61,145 nt of DNA. It comes from an uncultured Gammaproteobacteria bacterium. GTDB lineage: Bacteria; Pseudomonadota; Gammaproteobacteria; SZUA-229. How positions within the stretch are numbered: position 1 is the first letter of the stretch; every line of letters starts with the position of its first letter. Positions 46,799 through 56,612 of the stretch are shown here, piece by piece. Where the stretch lies: positions 1 through 61,145 of the forward strand of contig CAWKAL010000027.1 in NCBI GenBank assembly GCA_963847575.1, given 5' to 3'. The notes under the pieces are model-generated. The model saw nothing but the letters and a program-made list of their open reading frames with translations. It did no database searches and had not been told where the DNA came from. The position numbers and the translations under genes are program-made.

Positions 46799-47182
46799 TT
46801 ACTTGGTTTCAGTGACAGGAGCAGCTGGAACCTGTGCAGGTGCTACTGGCGCATAGCCATATGGAGCGTAGCCATGTGGGCCGTAACCATTCTGGTAACC
46901 ATTGTAACCACGGTAGTCATTGTAGCCATAGCCATTACCACGACCTTCGCCACGACCGTGACCACGACCAGATGCTTTCATGCCGAAATTGAAGCTGGAG
47001 TCAAAATCACCATCAACGTCACCAGAACCATCGCTATAGCCATTGCCATAACCATTGCCTGAACCATTGTTGTAGCCATTGTTGTAACCATCATCATTCC
47101 AGTCGAACGGACCCCAGAACGCGTTAGCTGATGTAGAAGCAGCGAGTATTGCAGCAGCAGCGATTGCTTTAAAAGTTTTCAT
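46799..47182 (-). CDS. secreted Gly/Tyr-rich protein (sulfur-globule-protein-like)
   Basis: [112 protein letters not shown]. Confidence 0.6.
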   Translation of the reverse strand: MKTFKAIAAAAILAASTSANAFWGPFDWNDDGYNNGYNNGSGNGYGNGYSDGSGDVDGDFDSSFNFGMKASGRGHGRGEGRGNGYGYNDYRGYNGYQNGYGPHGYAPYGYAPVAPAQVPAAPVTETK

Positions 47183-47351
47183 TTCATTTCCTCAAATAGA
47201 GTTAAACAGCTTGTTTCATGCGCTTGGCCAGTACGACCAATGGCGAAAGTATATTATCAAATTCTAATATTGTCAATTACTAATATAGAGGAAAGTTCAA
47301 TCACCTTATTCACTTTTTTAACTTACTTGTTATTATTCAGTAAGATACAAG

Positions 47352-48785
47352 TTAAATTTTAATCTGCTCGGCGTAATTGATGAGCGCTTCGAGCATCACC
47401 AGTTGCATTCCAGTGGTGTCCGGAGCTGCTTGCAGGGTTTCAATATCGGCGAGGAAACGGTTCAGGGTGCGTGGGCTGGCGGCCGGGTCGGTAAAACGCT
47501 GGTGCCTGTAGGCGTCCCATGTTTCGCGTTCCCGGGGACTCAAAGTGTGCGGATAGTTGCGTGCCCGGTAGCGGAACAGCATTTCAGGCAGGCGTTTGTC
47601 GTCGAATGTCAGGTTCAGGCTGGAAAGGTCTTCAGCGCGGCTGTTGCGGATAGTGTCCATGCGTGCATTATCAGCATCACTGAAAAAGCCGCCTGAATAG
47701 AGTTGTAGATCAGGATCCGTTGTCGCTGGAAATGCCTGGTCGGAAAATATCGCCCGGGTCTTTGCTGCCAGCGAGTCGATATGTTCGAGCAGCAAAGATC
47801 GATGCTGCTCACACTCATCGATATTTATGTTTAATCGCTCTGCGCTTGCGGCGTCCATGGTTTTGAGCGGCACCACCACCGGGCATTTGTTCAGGTGTAC
47901 GACTTTGAGGGGGATGCGCGGCGCGTCCTCGGGCAACTCGGCAGCGCGGGTATAGAGTCGGGCGGCTATTTCTTCTGCATCAGTCGCAATGAAATCATCA
48001 GGCGAAGTTGCCAGGTCATAGACCACGACGCCGTTTTTATTCACCGGGTGCATGCAAATCGGCATGACCATTGCAATTGCGCCACGCTCGGCCGAATAGC
48101 GTGATGAAGCATGCAGTGCCGCCTCGTGGGTGCGTAAATTCAGCAGGGCGCTCACTGCCTGTTTTTTTCTGAGTGGATACATATAGTCGTACAGCCGCGG
48201 CTGTTTTTCACGAATCAGTTTCGCCAGTGCAATCGTTGCATACACATCTGACATTGCATCATGCGCGGCCTCGTGCGAAATGTTGTTCGCTGCAGTCAGC
48301 AGTTCGAGTCGGATACTCGGATAGCCGCTATCGTCCTTCGGCCATTCGATACCCTCGGGGCGCAGTGCGCGTGTCAGGCGTACGATATCGATCAGGTCCC
48401 AGCGCGAATTACCGTGTTGCCATTCGCGGGAATACGGATTGAAAAAATTCCGGTACAACGTGTTGCGGGTAAATTCATCATCAAACCGAATATTGTTATA
48501 GCCGGCAACGCAGGTGCCCGGGCGGGAAAATTCGCGGTGAATGCTCGCAATGAATTCGGCTTCTACAAGGCCTTCAGCAAGTGCTTTTTGCGGCGTGATG
48601 CCGGTCACCATGCAGGCATACGGATCCGGTAATACGTCATCGGCAGGTTTGCAGAAAATCACCAGTGGATCACTAATGATGTTCAGGTCTTCATCTGTGC
48701 GCAGACCGGCGAACTGAACAATACGGTCCTGTCGTGGATCAATGCCGAAGGTTTCGTAGTCGTACCAGTAGATGCTGTTGCTCAT
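47352..48785 (-). CDS. sbcB: exodeoxyribonuclease I
   Basis: 477 aa. YWYDYETFG (DEDD ExoI motif), NNIRFDDEFTR, HDAMSDVYATIALAKL. Confidence 0.9.
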   Translation of the reverse strand: MSNSIYWYDYETFGIDPRQDRIVQFAGLRTDEDLNIISDPLVIFCKPADDVLPDPYACMVTGITPQKALAEGLVEAEFIASIHREFSRPGTCVAGYNNIRFDDEFTRNTLYRNFFNPYSREWQHGNSRWDLIDIVRLTRALRPEGIEWPKDDSGYPSIRLELLTAANNISHEAAHDAMSDVYATIALAKLIREKQPRLYDYMYPLRKKQAVSALLNLRTHEAALHASSRYSAERGAIAMVMPICMHPVNKNGVVVYDLATSPDDFIATDAEEIAARLYTRAAELPEDAPRIPLKVVHLNKCPVVVPLKTMDAASAERLNINIDECEQHRSLLLEHIDSLAAKTRAIFSDQAFPATTDPDLQLYSGGFFSDADNARMDTIRNSRAEDLSSLNLTFDDKRLPEMLFRYRARNYPHTLSPRERETWDAYRHQRFTDPAASPRTLNRFLADIETLQAAPDTTGMQLVMLEALINYAEQIKI

Positions 48786-48800
48786 GTTTCGTCCCTGTGG

Positions 48801-49207
48801 TTAGCGTGATGTCAGTCGTCGGTAAATGTCAGATACGTTTAATGGCAGTTGTGCACTATCATCTATTACTGCGTAGTTTGCAGCAGCGTACATGTGCGGT
48901 AAATAATCGCGCGCGGTTTCATCGATGCTGATGCAGAACGAATGTATTCCCTGTTGCCGGGCTTCGTACAGTGCCTGGCGTGTATCTTCAACCCTGTATT
49001 CGCCGCGACAGGTATCGTAATCATCGGGTGTGCCGTCAGACAGGGTGATCAGCAGCGGGTTTTGCCGCAACCGGTCGGCCCTTTGAGCAATACCGGCAGG
49101 CATTACGCATAGGCGGCTTCGAATACCGCGATTTCTTCACCCACGGGCTGATAATAAGGCTCATCTTTGACGAAGTATTCTTCGGGCTTGAGGGCTTTGG
49201 ATTGCAT
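48801..49207 (-). pseudogene. deletion scar: 5' end of a cbbQ/norQ-type AAA+ gene fused to the 3' end of a cbbO/norD-type VWA gene
   Basis: From the ATG at 49207: MQSKALKPEEYFVKDEPYYQPVGEEIAVFEAAYA, then (shifted) MPVLLKGPTGCGKTR, the MoxR-type Walker A. From about 49050 the other frame reads LLITLSDGTPDDYDTCRGEYRVEDTRQALYEARQQGIHSFCISIDETARDYLPHMY...IYRRL, which is the NorD/CbbO C-terminus. Confidence 0.6.
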
Positions 49208-49380
49208 ATTTTCAGCACACGGGTGAATTTAAACGACCGGCTATTTCAACAAATCACGGCGGGCTTGTCGAATCAACCCGGCTGATTATATAAAGCCACA
49301 CATACCCAAGGTGATTGTATGTGTATGTCTCAGGGTGCGCGTTGTAATATGCGCCAAACATATTTCAGGATAGCCTTTCC

Positions 49381-49623
49381 ATGCAGCCAGAAGAAGTAAA
49401 AAAATTAATCGAGACCGGCATTCCCGGTGCAGACGTCACTGTCACCGCGGACAGCGGTAAATACATTGCAGTCGTGGTGTCGCCAGCCTTTGAAGGTAAA
49501 ACCATGATCGCTGAACAGAAAATGGTATATGCCACGGTCAACGAACATATACAAAGCGGCGCGATCCACGCGCTCACCATCAAGGCGTACACGCCCGAAG
49601 AGTTCAGCCAGATCAAAGCCTGA
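49381..49623 (+). CDS. BolA-family protein (IbaG-like)
   Basis: 80 aa. SGKYIAVVVSPAFEGKTMIAEQKMVYATV...IHALTIKAYTPEE. Confidence 0.75.
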   Translation: MQPEEVKKLIETGIPGADVTVTADSGKYIAVVVSPAFEGKTMIAEQKMVYATVNEHIQSGAIHALTIKAYTPEEFSQIKA

Positions 49624-49639
49624 CAGGCGTAACTGTCTG

Positions 49640-50447
49640 CTAGCGTTTCGCGTAATCGCTGTTGCTGACAATCGGATGAATCAGTTTCAGCATCGCCGGG
49701 TAGACTTTAGGGCTGGCGGCAAGAATATCGCCGTTGCTGCATAAAGTTTTCGCCCCCGCTTAAATCCGACACTATGCCACCGGCTTCGCGCACCAGCAGC
49801 ACGCCGGCGGCAATATCCCAGGGCTTGAGATTAAATTCCCAGAATCCATCGGTACGACCGGCTGCACACCAGGCCAGGTCGAGCGCGGCAGAACCCGGTC
49901 GGCGGATGCCGGCACTTTCTGTCATCAATGCTTTCATGGTGGCCAGGTAGGTATCGAGGTAGCTCTGGTCATAATACGGGAAGCCGGTCGAGAGCAAAGC
50001 GCCCTCCAGTCCCTTGCGGCCAGACACACGGATGCGTTTATCATTCAGCTGTGCACCTTCGCCCCGCGCCGCGGTGAACAATTCCTGTGATACCGGATCG
50101 TAGACCACGCCGACTTCCAGCCGGTTTTTAACGCGTAATGCAATCGACACCGAGAATTGCGGAAAACCGTGGAGGAAATTTGTCGTGCCGTCGAGCGGAT
50201 CAATAATCCACTGGTGCTCGGAGGCCTCTTTTTGCTGGCCGCTTTCTTCGGCCAGAATGCCATGATCCGGGTAGGCCTGGCGCAGCACATCGATAATCGC
50301 CTGCTCCGCCTTGTGGTCGACTTCGCTGACAAAATCATTGTTGCGCTTGCTGGCAATGGTGAGTCGGTCGAGCCGATCCATGTTGCGCGTGATAATATTT
50401 CCCGCCGCGCGCGCAGCACGCACCGCGATATTGACTACTGGATTCAT
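49640..50447 (-). pseudogene. suhB: inositol-1-monophosphatase SuhB, frameshift near 49735 affecting the last 30 or so codons
   Basis: NIAVRAARAAGNII, WIIDPLDGTTNF, GSAALDL, PWDIAAG. The C-terminus (Q)GDILAASPKVYPAMLKLIHPIVSNSDYAKR* is readable only after removing one base. Stop at 49640-49642. Confidence 0.85.
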
Positions 50448-50546
50448 GACAGATTTTTTAAAGAACGTTGACAGGGATGGCCCGGTGGCTGCGGATAATA
50501 GCAGAATCCCACGGCAGACACACTACGCACAGGTGACCACAGGACC

Positions 50547-51326
50547 ATGGATAAATTAAATAAAACCCAGCAGGCGATGCTTGACCGTATGCGTATCGTG
50601 CTGGTCAATACCTCGCATCCTGGCAATATCGGCGCCACTGCGCGCGCCATGAAAAACATGGGGCTGGGCAGGCTGGTGCTGGTTGAGCCCAGGCAGCACC
50701 CCAGCTTTGAAGCCTACAGCCGGGCCGCCGGTGCCGATGATGTGCTGGCCGCCGCGGTGGTGGTGCCCGACCTGGCAGCAGCACTCGAAGGCTGTGCCTG
50801 GGTGGCGGGAAGCAGTGCGCGCCTGCGCAGTGTGAAGTGGCCCGTGCACCCGCCGCGCGAATCCGCCCGCCATGCCGCCGACAATAGCCTTGATGGTGAC
50901 GTCGCAATCGTCTTCGGGCGTGAGCGCACCGGCCTCACCAATGAAGAGCTGGAACTGTGCAATGCACTTGTGCATATACCGACCAATCCGGAGTACAGCT
51001 CCCTGAACGTAGCCGCTGCAGTACAGGTGTTGTGTTACGAGTTAAGGCTGGCAGCGATGGCCGAACTGACAACTAACACCAGCACCAGCAGAAAACACAA
51101 AGACGATGTGCCGGCGAATTCCGAACTGATGCAGGCCATGTACGAGCATCTCTACCAGATGCTGGATGACGTGCGGTTTTTTGGCACCAGTAATCCAGAC
51201 ATTATTATGCGTCGCCTCAAGGGCCTGTTTAATCGTGCCCAGACCACGCGGCGCGAGGTGGCAATATTGCGTGGCATATTTTCTGCAGCGCAGGGTAAAA
51301 AAGCTGCGCGCAGTCAAAAGACATAA
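50547..51326 (+). CDS. trmJ: tRNA (cytidine/uridine-2'-O)-methyltransferase
   Basis: RIVLVNTSHPGNIGATARAMKNMG, FGRERTGLTNEEL, IPTNPEYSSLNVAAAV (SPOUT). Confidence 0.85.
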   Translation: MDKLNKTQQAMLDRMRIVLVNTSHPGNIGATARAMKNMGLGRLVLVEPRQHPSFEAYSRAAGADDVLAAAVVVPDLAAALEGCAWVAGSSARLRSVKWPVHPPRESARHAADNSLDGDVAIVFGRERTGLTNEELELCNALVHIPTNPEYSSLNVAAAVQVLCYELRLAAMAELTTNTSTSRKHKDDVPANSELMQAMYEHLYQMLDDVRFFGTSNPDIIMRRLKGLFNRAQTTRREVAILRGIFSAAQGKKAARSQKT

Positions 51327-51363
51327 TTATGTAAACCCCAGGCGGCAGGCCTTATTCGCATGC

Positions 51364-51747
51364 TTATCGTCGCAACATGTGCCAGGCCAGCACAGACCAT
51401 GCCAGCAAAAAGCACACGCCGCCGATGGGTGTGATTGCCCCCAGCCAGCGCAGACCTGTTACGCTGAGCAGATACAGGCTGCCGCAAAAAATCAGTATAC
51501 CGACTAGCATCAGGTATGCACTCAGCCTGAGCCTGAAATGGTCATCGTTGCGTGCAAGCAGGCCGCATAGCATCAGGCCGAGTGAATGATAAAACTGGTA
51601 TTCAACCGCAGTGTGATACACCGCCAGCATATCGATAGCGAGATAAGGTTTCAGCCCATGCGCACCAAAGGCGCCGGCGGCGACAGCCAGAAACATACTG
51701 ATTGCGCCCGCGCCAATAATGCGTTTATCGGTAAACATGTTTGACAT
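51364..51747 (-). CDS. DUF423 membrane protein
   Basis: 127 aa, four TM helices. GAFGAHGLK and HSLGL motifs. Confidence 0.7.
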   Translation of the reverse strand: MSNMFTDKRIIGAGAISMFLAVAAGAFGAHGLKPYLAIDMLAVYHTAVEYQFYHSLGLMLCGLLARNDDHFRLRLSAYLMLVGILIFCGSLYLLSVTGLRWLGAITPIGGVCFLLAWSVLAWHMLRR

Positions 51748-51804
51748 TATGTCCCTGATGTTTTTTGATATGTCCCAATTGTAATTGAATGCACGGAGTA
51801 CTAC

Positions 51805-52287
51805 ATGCCTACTTTTGATGTCGTTTCAGAAATTGATAAACACGAATTGAGTAATGCAATAGACCAGGTCAACCGCGAAATAACCACGCGATTCGATTTC
51901 AAGGGCAGCGATTCAAAAATTGAATTAAAAGATACCACGCTGACGCTCGAAGCCACCAGTGATTTCCAGATCAAACAGATCCACGACATCATGTACAAAA
52001 AGCTGATTGGTCGCGGCATTGATACGCGTTGCCTCGATTTTGGCAAAATCCAGCCCAAGGGTTTGCGCGTGGCGCAGGTGGTGACGGTGCGTGAAGGCAT
52101 AGATAAGGAGCTGGCAAAGAAAGTCGTGGCGCTGATCAAGGAATCAAAACTGAAAGTGCAGGCGGCGATTCAGGGTGAACAGGTCAGGGTGACCGGCAAG
52201 AAACGTGATGACCTGCAATCTGTTATGTCGTTATTGAAAGCATCCGAGATCGAGATGCCGTTGCAGTTTAATAATTTCAGGGACTAG
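51805..52287 (+). CDS. yajQ: YajQ-family nucleotide (c-di-GMP)-binding protein
   Basis: MPTFDVVSEIDKHELSNAIDQVNREITTRFDFKGS. 160 aa. Confidence 0.85.
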   Translation: MPTFDVVSEIDKHELSNAIDQVNREITTRFDFKGSDSKIELKDTTLTLEATSDFQIKQIHDIMYKKLIGRGIDTRCLDFGKIQPKGLRVAQVVTVREGIDKELAKKVVALIKESKLKVQAAIQGEQVRVTGKKRDDLQSVMSLLKASEIEMPLQFNNFRD

Positions 52288-52335
52288 TTTTATAGTGGGT
52301 GTTCAGGGTGCGCTGGATCAACAGCAAGCTGGCTG

Positions 52336-52914
52336 TTACATCAGTAAACTGGTCACACTAAACGCGATCACGGAAGCGACGATGCCGCCCGCCAGGCAGG
52401 TATAACTCAACCTCAGGTTGCGGTATTTTTTCTGAAGTACCTGGCCGATCTGGTATATATCTTTAATCATCATCTCGCGCGCATCTGCATTGGTGGCCAG
52501 GTTGGCTGTCATTTGTTCCAGGTACTGGTCCTGTGACAGTCGGCTGAAGCTGCCAAAGAACATCAGGTTGGCCGGGGGCGTGCCTTTGATGACTTTTTTA
52601 TCGCGAAACCGTGGTGCGATTACCAGCAGGGCAAAAATGGCGGCAATGGTGTAACCGATGGTCAGCACCCAGATCGGTACTGACAGGTTGTCATTGGTCT
52701 TGAGGATGCTTTGGGTCACGGTTATGAAGACCAGGAACGAGCCGAGTACGATGTTGGCTTTCTGGTCGGCAATCAGCCCGAGCTGGACATGGTGCTGCTG
52801 CGCGGTACGCAGCACCTGGATGACATCGACCTGGTGAATCGATGGCTGAGGGGCTGGCTGCAGCACCGGGCTCACGTCCGGCTTAACATCGTTCAATTGT
52901 GATTTCTGATCCAT
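52336..52914 (-). CDS. three-TM membrane protein resembling the DUF5706 / Pycsar-effector domain
   Basis: Start at MDQKSQLND, just after the rsmJ stop. The segment QHHVQLGLIADQKANIVLGSFLVFITV plus two further TM helices fits my memory of the family. No cyclase partner is nearby. Confidence 0.4.
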   Translation of the reverse strand: MDQKSQLNDVKPDVSPVLQPAPQPSIHQVDVIQVLRTAQQHHVQLGLIADQKANIVLGSFLVFITVTQSILKTNDNLSVPIWVLTIGYTIAAIFALLVIAPRFRDKKVIKGTPPANLMFFGSFSRLSQDQYLEQMTANLATNADAREMMIKDIYQIGQVLQKKYRNLRLSYTCLAGGIVASVIAFSVTSLLM

Positions 52915-52921
52915 TTCCGCA

Positions 52922-53695
52922 TTATATCTTTTCAATGACATAAATGTCATAACGTGTTTTCTTGCTGCTGATGCTGGTTGATGGCGCAATCGTGCCTACG
53001 GTCTCGGCATGCGCCGGCCGTTTTACCACGACCCGCTTGCGCGCACAGGCGAGGGCGGCTGTCAGCAGGGCCTCGGCATTGTCATCTTTGCCCAGCAGGC
53101 GTTGCAGGATCTGCATGTCCTTTTTTACCAGTGCAGATTTCTTGCGTTCCGGGTACATCGGATCGATATAAATCACTTCGGGCCGGGCGGCTTCATCAAG
53201 CTGTTGCATATAGGCGACCGAATCGCGTTGCACCAGGCTGAAGTTGTGCGCCAGGATCTGCGTCCCGATCGCATCATGGCGTGCGCGGGTGATACCGTCA
53301 TTGATGAGCGCAGCCAGTACTGCTGAGCGTTCGACCAGGGTGACGCGGCATCCCAGGCTTGCCAGGATCCAGGCGTCGCGCGCAAGCCCGGCGGTGACAT
53401 CGAGTATGCTCGGGGTCTTGCCGTGCTTGAGTCCGATAGCACGGGCAATCGCCTGGCCGCGGCCACCGCCGAACTGCTGACGATGGCCGAGCGCGCCTTC
53501 GACAAAATCAACATGTATGGCGGTGTTTAACTCGCGATCAAATAATTCAATTTTTTCAACACCAAAACACAGTTGCAAATCATACGCATGGTTTTTTTCT
53601 GCAGTCAGGCAGAGCTTATGTTGTTCGGCAAATTGTCTGGCCGCCGACATCGTGCCCGGGTGACTGCAAACCACGCATAGTGTTGGGGTACCCAT
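52922..53695 (-). CDS. rsmJ: 16S rRNA (guanine1516-N2)-methyltransferase
   Basis: ILDVTAGLARDAWILASLGCRVTLVERS, VIYIDPMYP. Confidence 0.8.
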   Translation of the reverse strand: MGTPTLCVVCSHPGTMSAARQFAEQHKLCLTAEKNHAYDLQLCFGVEKIELFDRELNTAIHVDFVEGALGHRQQFGGGRGQAIARAIGLKHGKTPSILDVTAGLARDAWILASLGCRVTLVERSAVLAALINDGITRARHDAIGTQILAHNFSLVQRDSVAYMQQLDEAARPEVIYIDPMYPERKKSALVKKDMQILQRLLGKDDNAEALLTAALACARKRVVVKRPAHAETVGTIAPSTSISSKKTRYDIYVIEKI

Positions 53696-53762
53696 AGGCT
53701 GAGATTAAACCTCGGTGCTTGTGTAATAACGCGATTGCTGACAGCTGCTATCATAACGCAGC

Positions 53763-54557
53763 ATGACAGAGTACATCGATATTGGCGTTAATCTTACCGG
53801 TAGTTCGTTTAGTCACGACCTGCCCGATGTGATCGAACGTGCGCGTGCAGCGAATGTGCATCGCATGATTGTCACCGGAACGGACATTCACCACAGTACG
53901 CTGGCAAATACGCTTTGCCTGGAGTATCCGGGTATTTTGCATGCAACCGCGGGTGTGCATCCGCATCATGCCAGTGATTTTAATGCAGCCTCGGTTGACG
54001 CACTGCGGCAGCTTGCAGGCAATGCGCAGGTCGTGGCTATCGGTGAATGCGGGCTTGATTACAACCGCAATTATTCAACACCGCTGGCGCAGCGTCATGC
54101 GTTTGAGGCGCAGTTACAGCTTGCCTGTGAGCTGAAGTTGCCGGTGTTTCTCCACCAGCGAGATGCGCACGCCGATTTTGTCGCCATGCTCGACACCTGT
54201 CGGCATGAACTGGTCGCGGGTGTTGCACATTGTTTTACCGAGAACGAAGACATAGCGCAGGAATATGTCGAGATGGGATTGCACCTGGGGATTACCGGCT
54301 GGATATGCGATGAGCGCCGCGGTGCCGATTTACGCCGCGCGGTGAAATCAATACCGCTCGACAGGCTCATGCTGGAAACCGATGCGCCCTACCTGTTACC
54401 GCGCGACCTCACAGTGTTGCCGCGTGACAAACGTCGCAACGAACCATGTTACCTGCCACATATTGCCGTGGTCACGGCGCGGTGTATGCAGCTCGAGCTG
54501 CAGACGCTGGCACAGGCGGTGCTGATGAATACTGAAAAATTTTTCGGCCTGAAGTGA
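53763..54557 (+). CDS. TatD-family metal-dependent hydrolase
   Basis: IDIGVNL, GVHPHH, IGECGLDY, FLHQRDA, ETDAPYL. Confidence 0.85.
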   Translation: MTEYIDIGVNLTGSSFSHDLPDVIERARAANVHRMIVTGTDIHHSTLANTLCLEYPGILHATAGVHPHHASDFNAASVDALRQLAGNAQVVAIGECGLDYNRNYSTPLAQRHAFEAQLQLACELKLPVFLHQRDAHADFVAMLDTCRHELVAGVAHCFTENEDIAQEYVEMGLHLGITGWICDERRGADLRRAVKSIPLDRLMLETDAPYLLPRDLTVLPRDKRRNEPCYLPHIAVVTARCMQLELQTLAQAVLMNTEKFFGLK

Positions 54558-54661
54558 AGGCGGGCATTGCAGTATTTGCGCTCGGTTAACAGAATCGTTA
54601 TTCTCGGGCAGCAGGCGCATATCGCTGCCATAATAAATATAAACGCTACGGGAACCACGGC

Positions 54662-55396
54662 TTGAATTCTTCTATACGCGCATTTCTGGATTCCATGATG
54701 GGCAGCGTGCGCGATTTGTTACCGATTATCCTGGTGATTGCATTTTTCCAGATCGTGGTGCTGCAGCAGCCGCTGGAGAATGTCGGCAGCCTGATATCAG
54801 GTGTGTTCTTCGTTATCCTCGGGCTCACTTTCTTTATATATGGCCTGGAAATGGGCCTGTTCCCGATTGGCGAATCCATGGCGCGGGCGTTCGCGCACAA
54901 GGGCAGCGTGTTCTGGTTACTGAGTTTTGCTTTTGCTCTGGGATTTGGCACCACGATTGCTGAGCCCGCATTAATCGCAGTCGCTAATGAAGCGGCACGC
55001 GTCGCCGCAGATGGGGGCCATATCGAAAACAGCGAACCGGCCCTGAAAACCTATGCTGACAGTTTACGCTTTGTCGTAGCGCTATCGGTGGGGGTCGCGA
55101 TCGTTGTGGGCGTGCTGCGTATTTTATTGAACTGGCCTATCCATATAATGATTATGGCCGGTTATTTGCTGGTGATTACATTAACCACTCTTGCGCCGGC
55201 TGAGATTATCGGCATAGCCTATGATTCGGGGGGTGTCACAACATCGACTATTACCGTGCCACTGGTGACTGCGCTGGGGATCGGGCTGGCGTCGTCAATT
55301 AATGGCCGCAATCCTATGCTCGATGGTTTTGGGCTGATTGCTTTTGCTTCCCTGATGCCGATTATTTTTGTGCTGCTCTATGGCATTGCGCAATGA
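54662..55396 (+). CDS. DUF1538 membrane protein (first of a pair)
   Basis: Polytopic. [40 protein letters not shown]. Start (TTG 54662 or ATG 54695) is uncertain. Confidence 0.7.
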   Translation: MNSSIRAFLDSMMGSVRDLLPIILVIAFFQIVVLQQPLENVGSLISGVFFVILGLTFFIYGLEMGLFPIGESMARAFAHKGSVFWLLSFAFALGFGTTIAEPALIAVANEAARVAADGGHIENSEPALKTYADSLRFVVALSVGVAIVVGVLRILLNWPIHIMIMAGYLLVITLTTLAPAEIIGIAYDSGGVTTSTITVPLVTALGIGLASSINGRNPMLDGFGLIAFASLMPIIFVLLYGIAQ

Positions 55397-56199
55397 ACGA
55401 ATTTTTCAGTAATCTTCTGAACTTGTTGTATTCCACCCTGCTGGATGTGCTGCCCATTGCTGCGATCATATTTGGCTTTCAGTTTCTGGTCATTCGTAAA
55501 CGCGTGCACAATCTTCGAAAGGTCCTCATTGGCATGGCGTATGTGCTGATCGGGATTACACTGTTTCTGCTCGGCCTTGAGCAGGCGTTGTTCCCGCTTG
55601 GCCGCTCTATGGCAGAGCAACTGACGGCGCCCGAGTTTCTTGACAGCATGCGTATTAGCGCCGGTGGTCTGCAATGGGTGGATTATTACTGGGTGTATTT
55701 ATTTGCGTTTTGTCTTGGTATTGGCACCACTATTGCAGAACCTGCACTCATGGCGGTTGCGATCAAGGCCAACGAAGTGTCGGGTGGTGCTATCGGTGTG
55801 CAGGGTTTACGCATTGCAGTTGCCATCGGTGTAGCGATCGGTCTGGCACTGGGAACATTTCGCATTGTGTCTGGTGTGCCGCTGCACTATTTTATAATCG
55901 CGGCCTATGTCGTAGTGGTGGTGCAGACTTATTTTGCACCTCGAATAATAGTTCCGCTGGCGTATGATTCGGGTGGTGTGACTACTTCGACTGTAACGGT
56001 GCCGCTGGTCGCTGCGCTGGGCCTGGGACTGGCTGAGGCGGTGCCGGACAGGAGCGCCTTGCTCGATGGCTTTGGTTTGATTGCATTTGCCTGCTTGTTC
56101 CCGATTATATCGGTTCTGGCTTATGCACAATTATCTAATTTTAAAATCAAGAAGCAATCTAAAAAAGATTTATTGGAACATCCGGAAAAAGATGAGTGA
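55393..56199 (+). CDS. DUF1538 membrane protein (second of the pair)
   Basis: Paralogous motifs: [44 protein letters not shown] overlap with the first gene. Confidence 0.7.
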   Translation: MNEFFSNLLNLLYSTLLDVLPIAAIIFGFQFLVIRKRVHNLRKVLIGMAYVLIGITLFLLGLEQALFPLGRSMAEQLTAPEFLDSMRISAGGLQWVDYYWVYLFAFCLGIGTTIAEPALMAVAIKANEVSGGAIGVQGLRIAVAIGVAIGLALGTFRIVSGVPLHYFIIAAYVVVVVQTYFAPRIIVPLAYDSGGVTTSTVTVPLVAALGLGLAEAVPDRSALLDGFGLIAFACLFPIISVLAYAQLSNFKIKKQSKKDLLEHPEKDE

Positions 56200-56261
56200 G
56201 GTCGTTATGACTATATATAAGTTCGCTATTCGCTGTGATCGGTCGACTGGAGGCTATGGCT

Positions 56262-56612
56262 ATGCACTTTAAACTAATCCTGGCATTTGTAGAGGATAGC
56301 AAGACTGACAAGGTTATGAACGCGGCACGCGAATCTGGCGCCACCGGTGCAACCATCATTAATAATGCGCGCGGTGAAGGCATGCAGCTGAAAAAAACCT
56401 TCTTCGGATTGTCGCTTGAAACCCAGCGAGACGTGGTGCTGTTCCTGGTGGAAGAACATCTCAGCCGGCATATTCTCGAAAAAATTTGTGTGATTGGCGA
56501 GTTCGATACTGAACCTGGTACCGGCATAGCCATTCAAATAGATGTAGAAGACGCCGTCGGCGTCGCAGCCCAGATAGAAAAATTGACTGATGTGGTGGAG
56601 GATAGATTATGA
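56262..56612 (+). CDS. P-II-like signal-transduction protein
   Basis: MHFKLILAFVEDSKTDKVMNAARESGATGATIINNARGEG..., a ferredoxin-like PII pattern. Start chosen at MHFKLI. Confidence 0.6.
   Translation: MHFKLILAFVEDSKTDKVMNAARESGATGATIINNARGEGMQLKKTFFGLSLETQRDVVLFLVEEHLSRHILEKICVIGEFDTEPGTGIAIQIDVEDAVGVAAQIEKLTDVVEDRL

Noticed and set aside
44375-47182. Short-period DNA repeats (for example GGACCAGGACCATAACC) that could be mistaken for CRISPR or tandem repeats
   Set aside because: They are the coding image of GYGPGP/GYG peptide repeats. There is no repeat-spacer architecture, and no cas genes are in the window.
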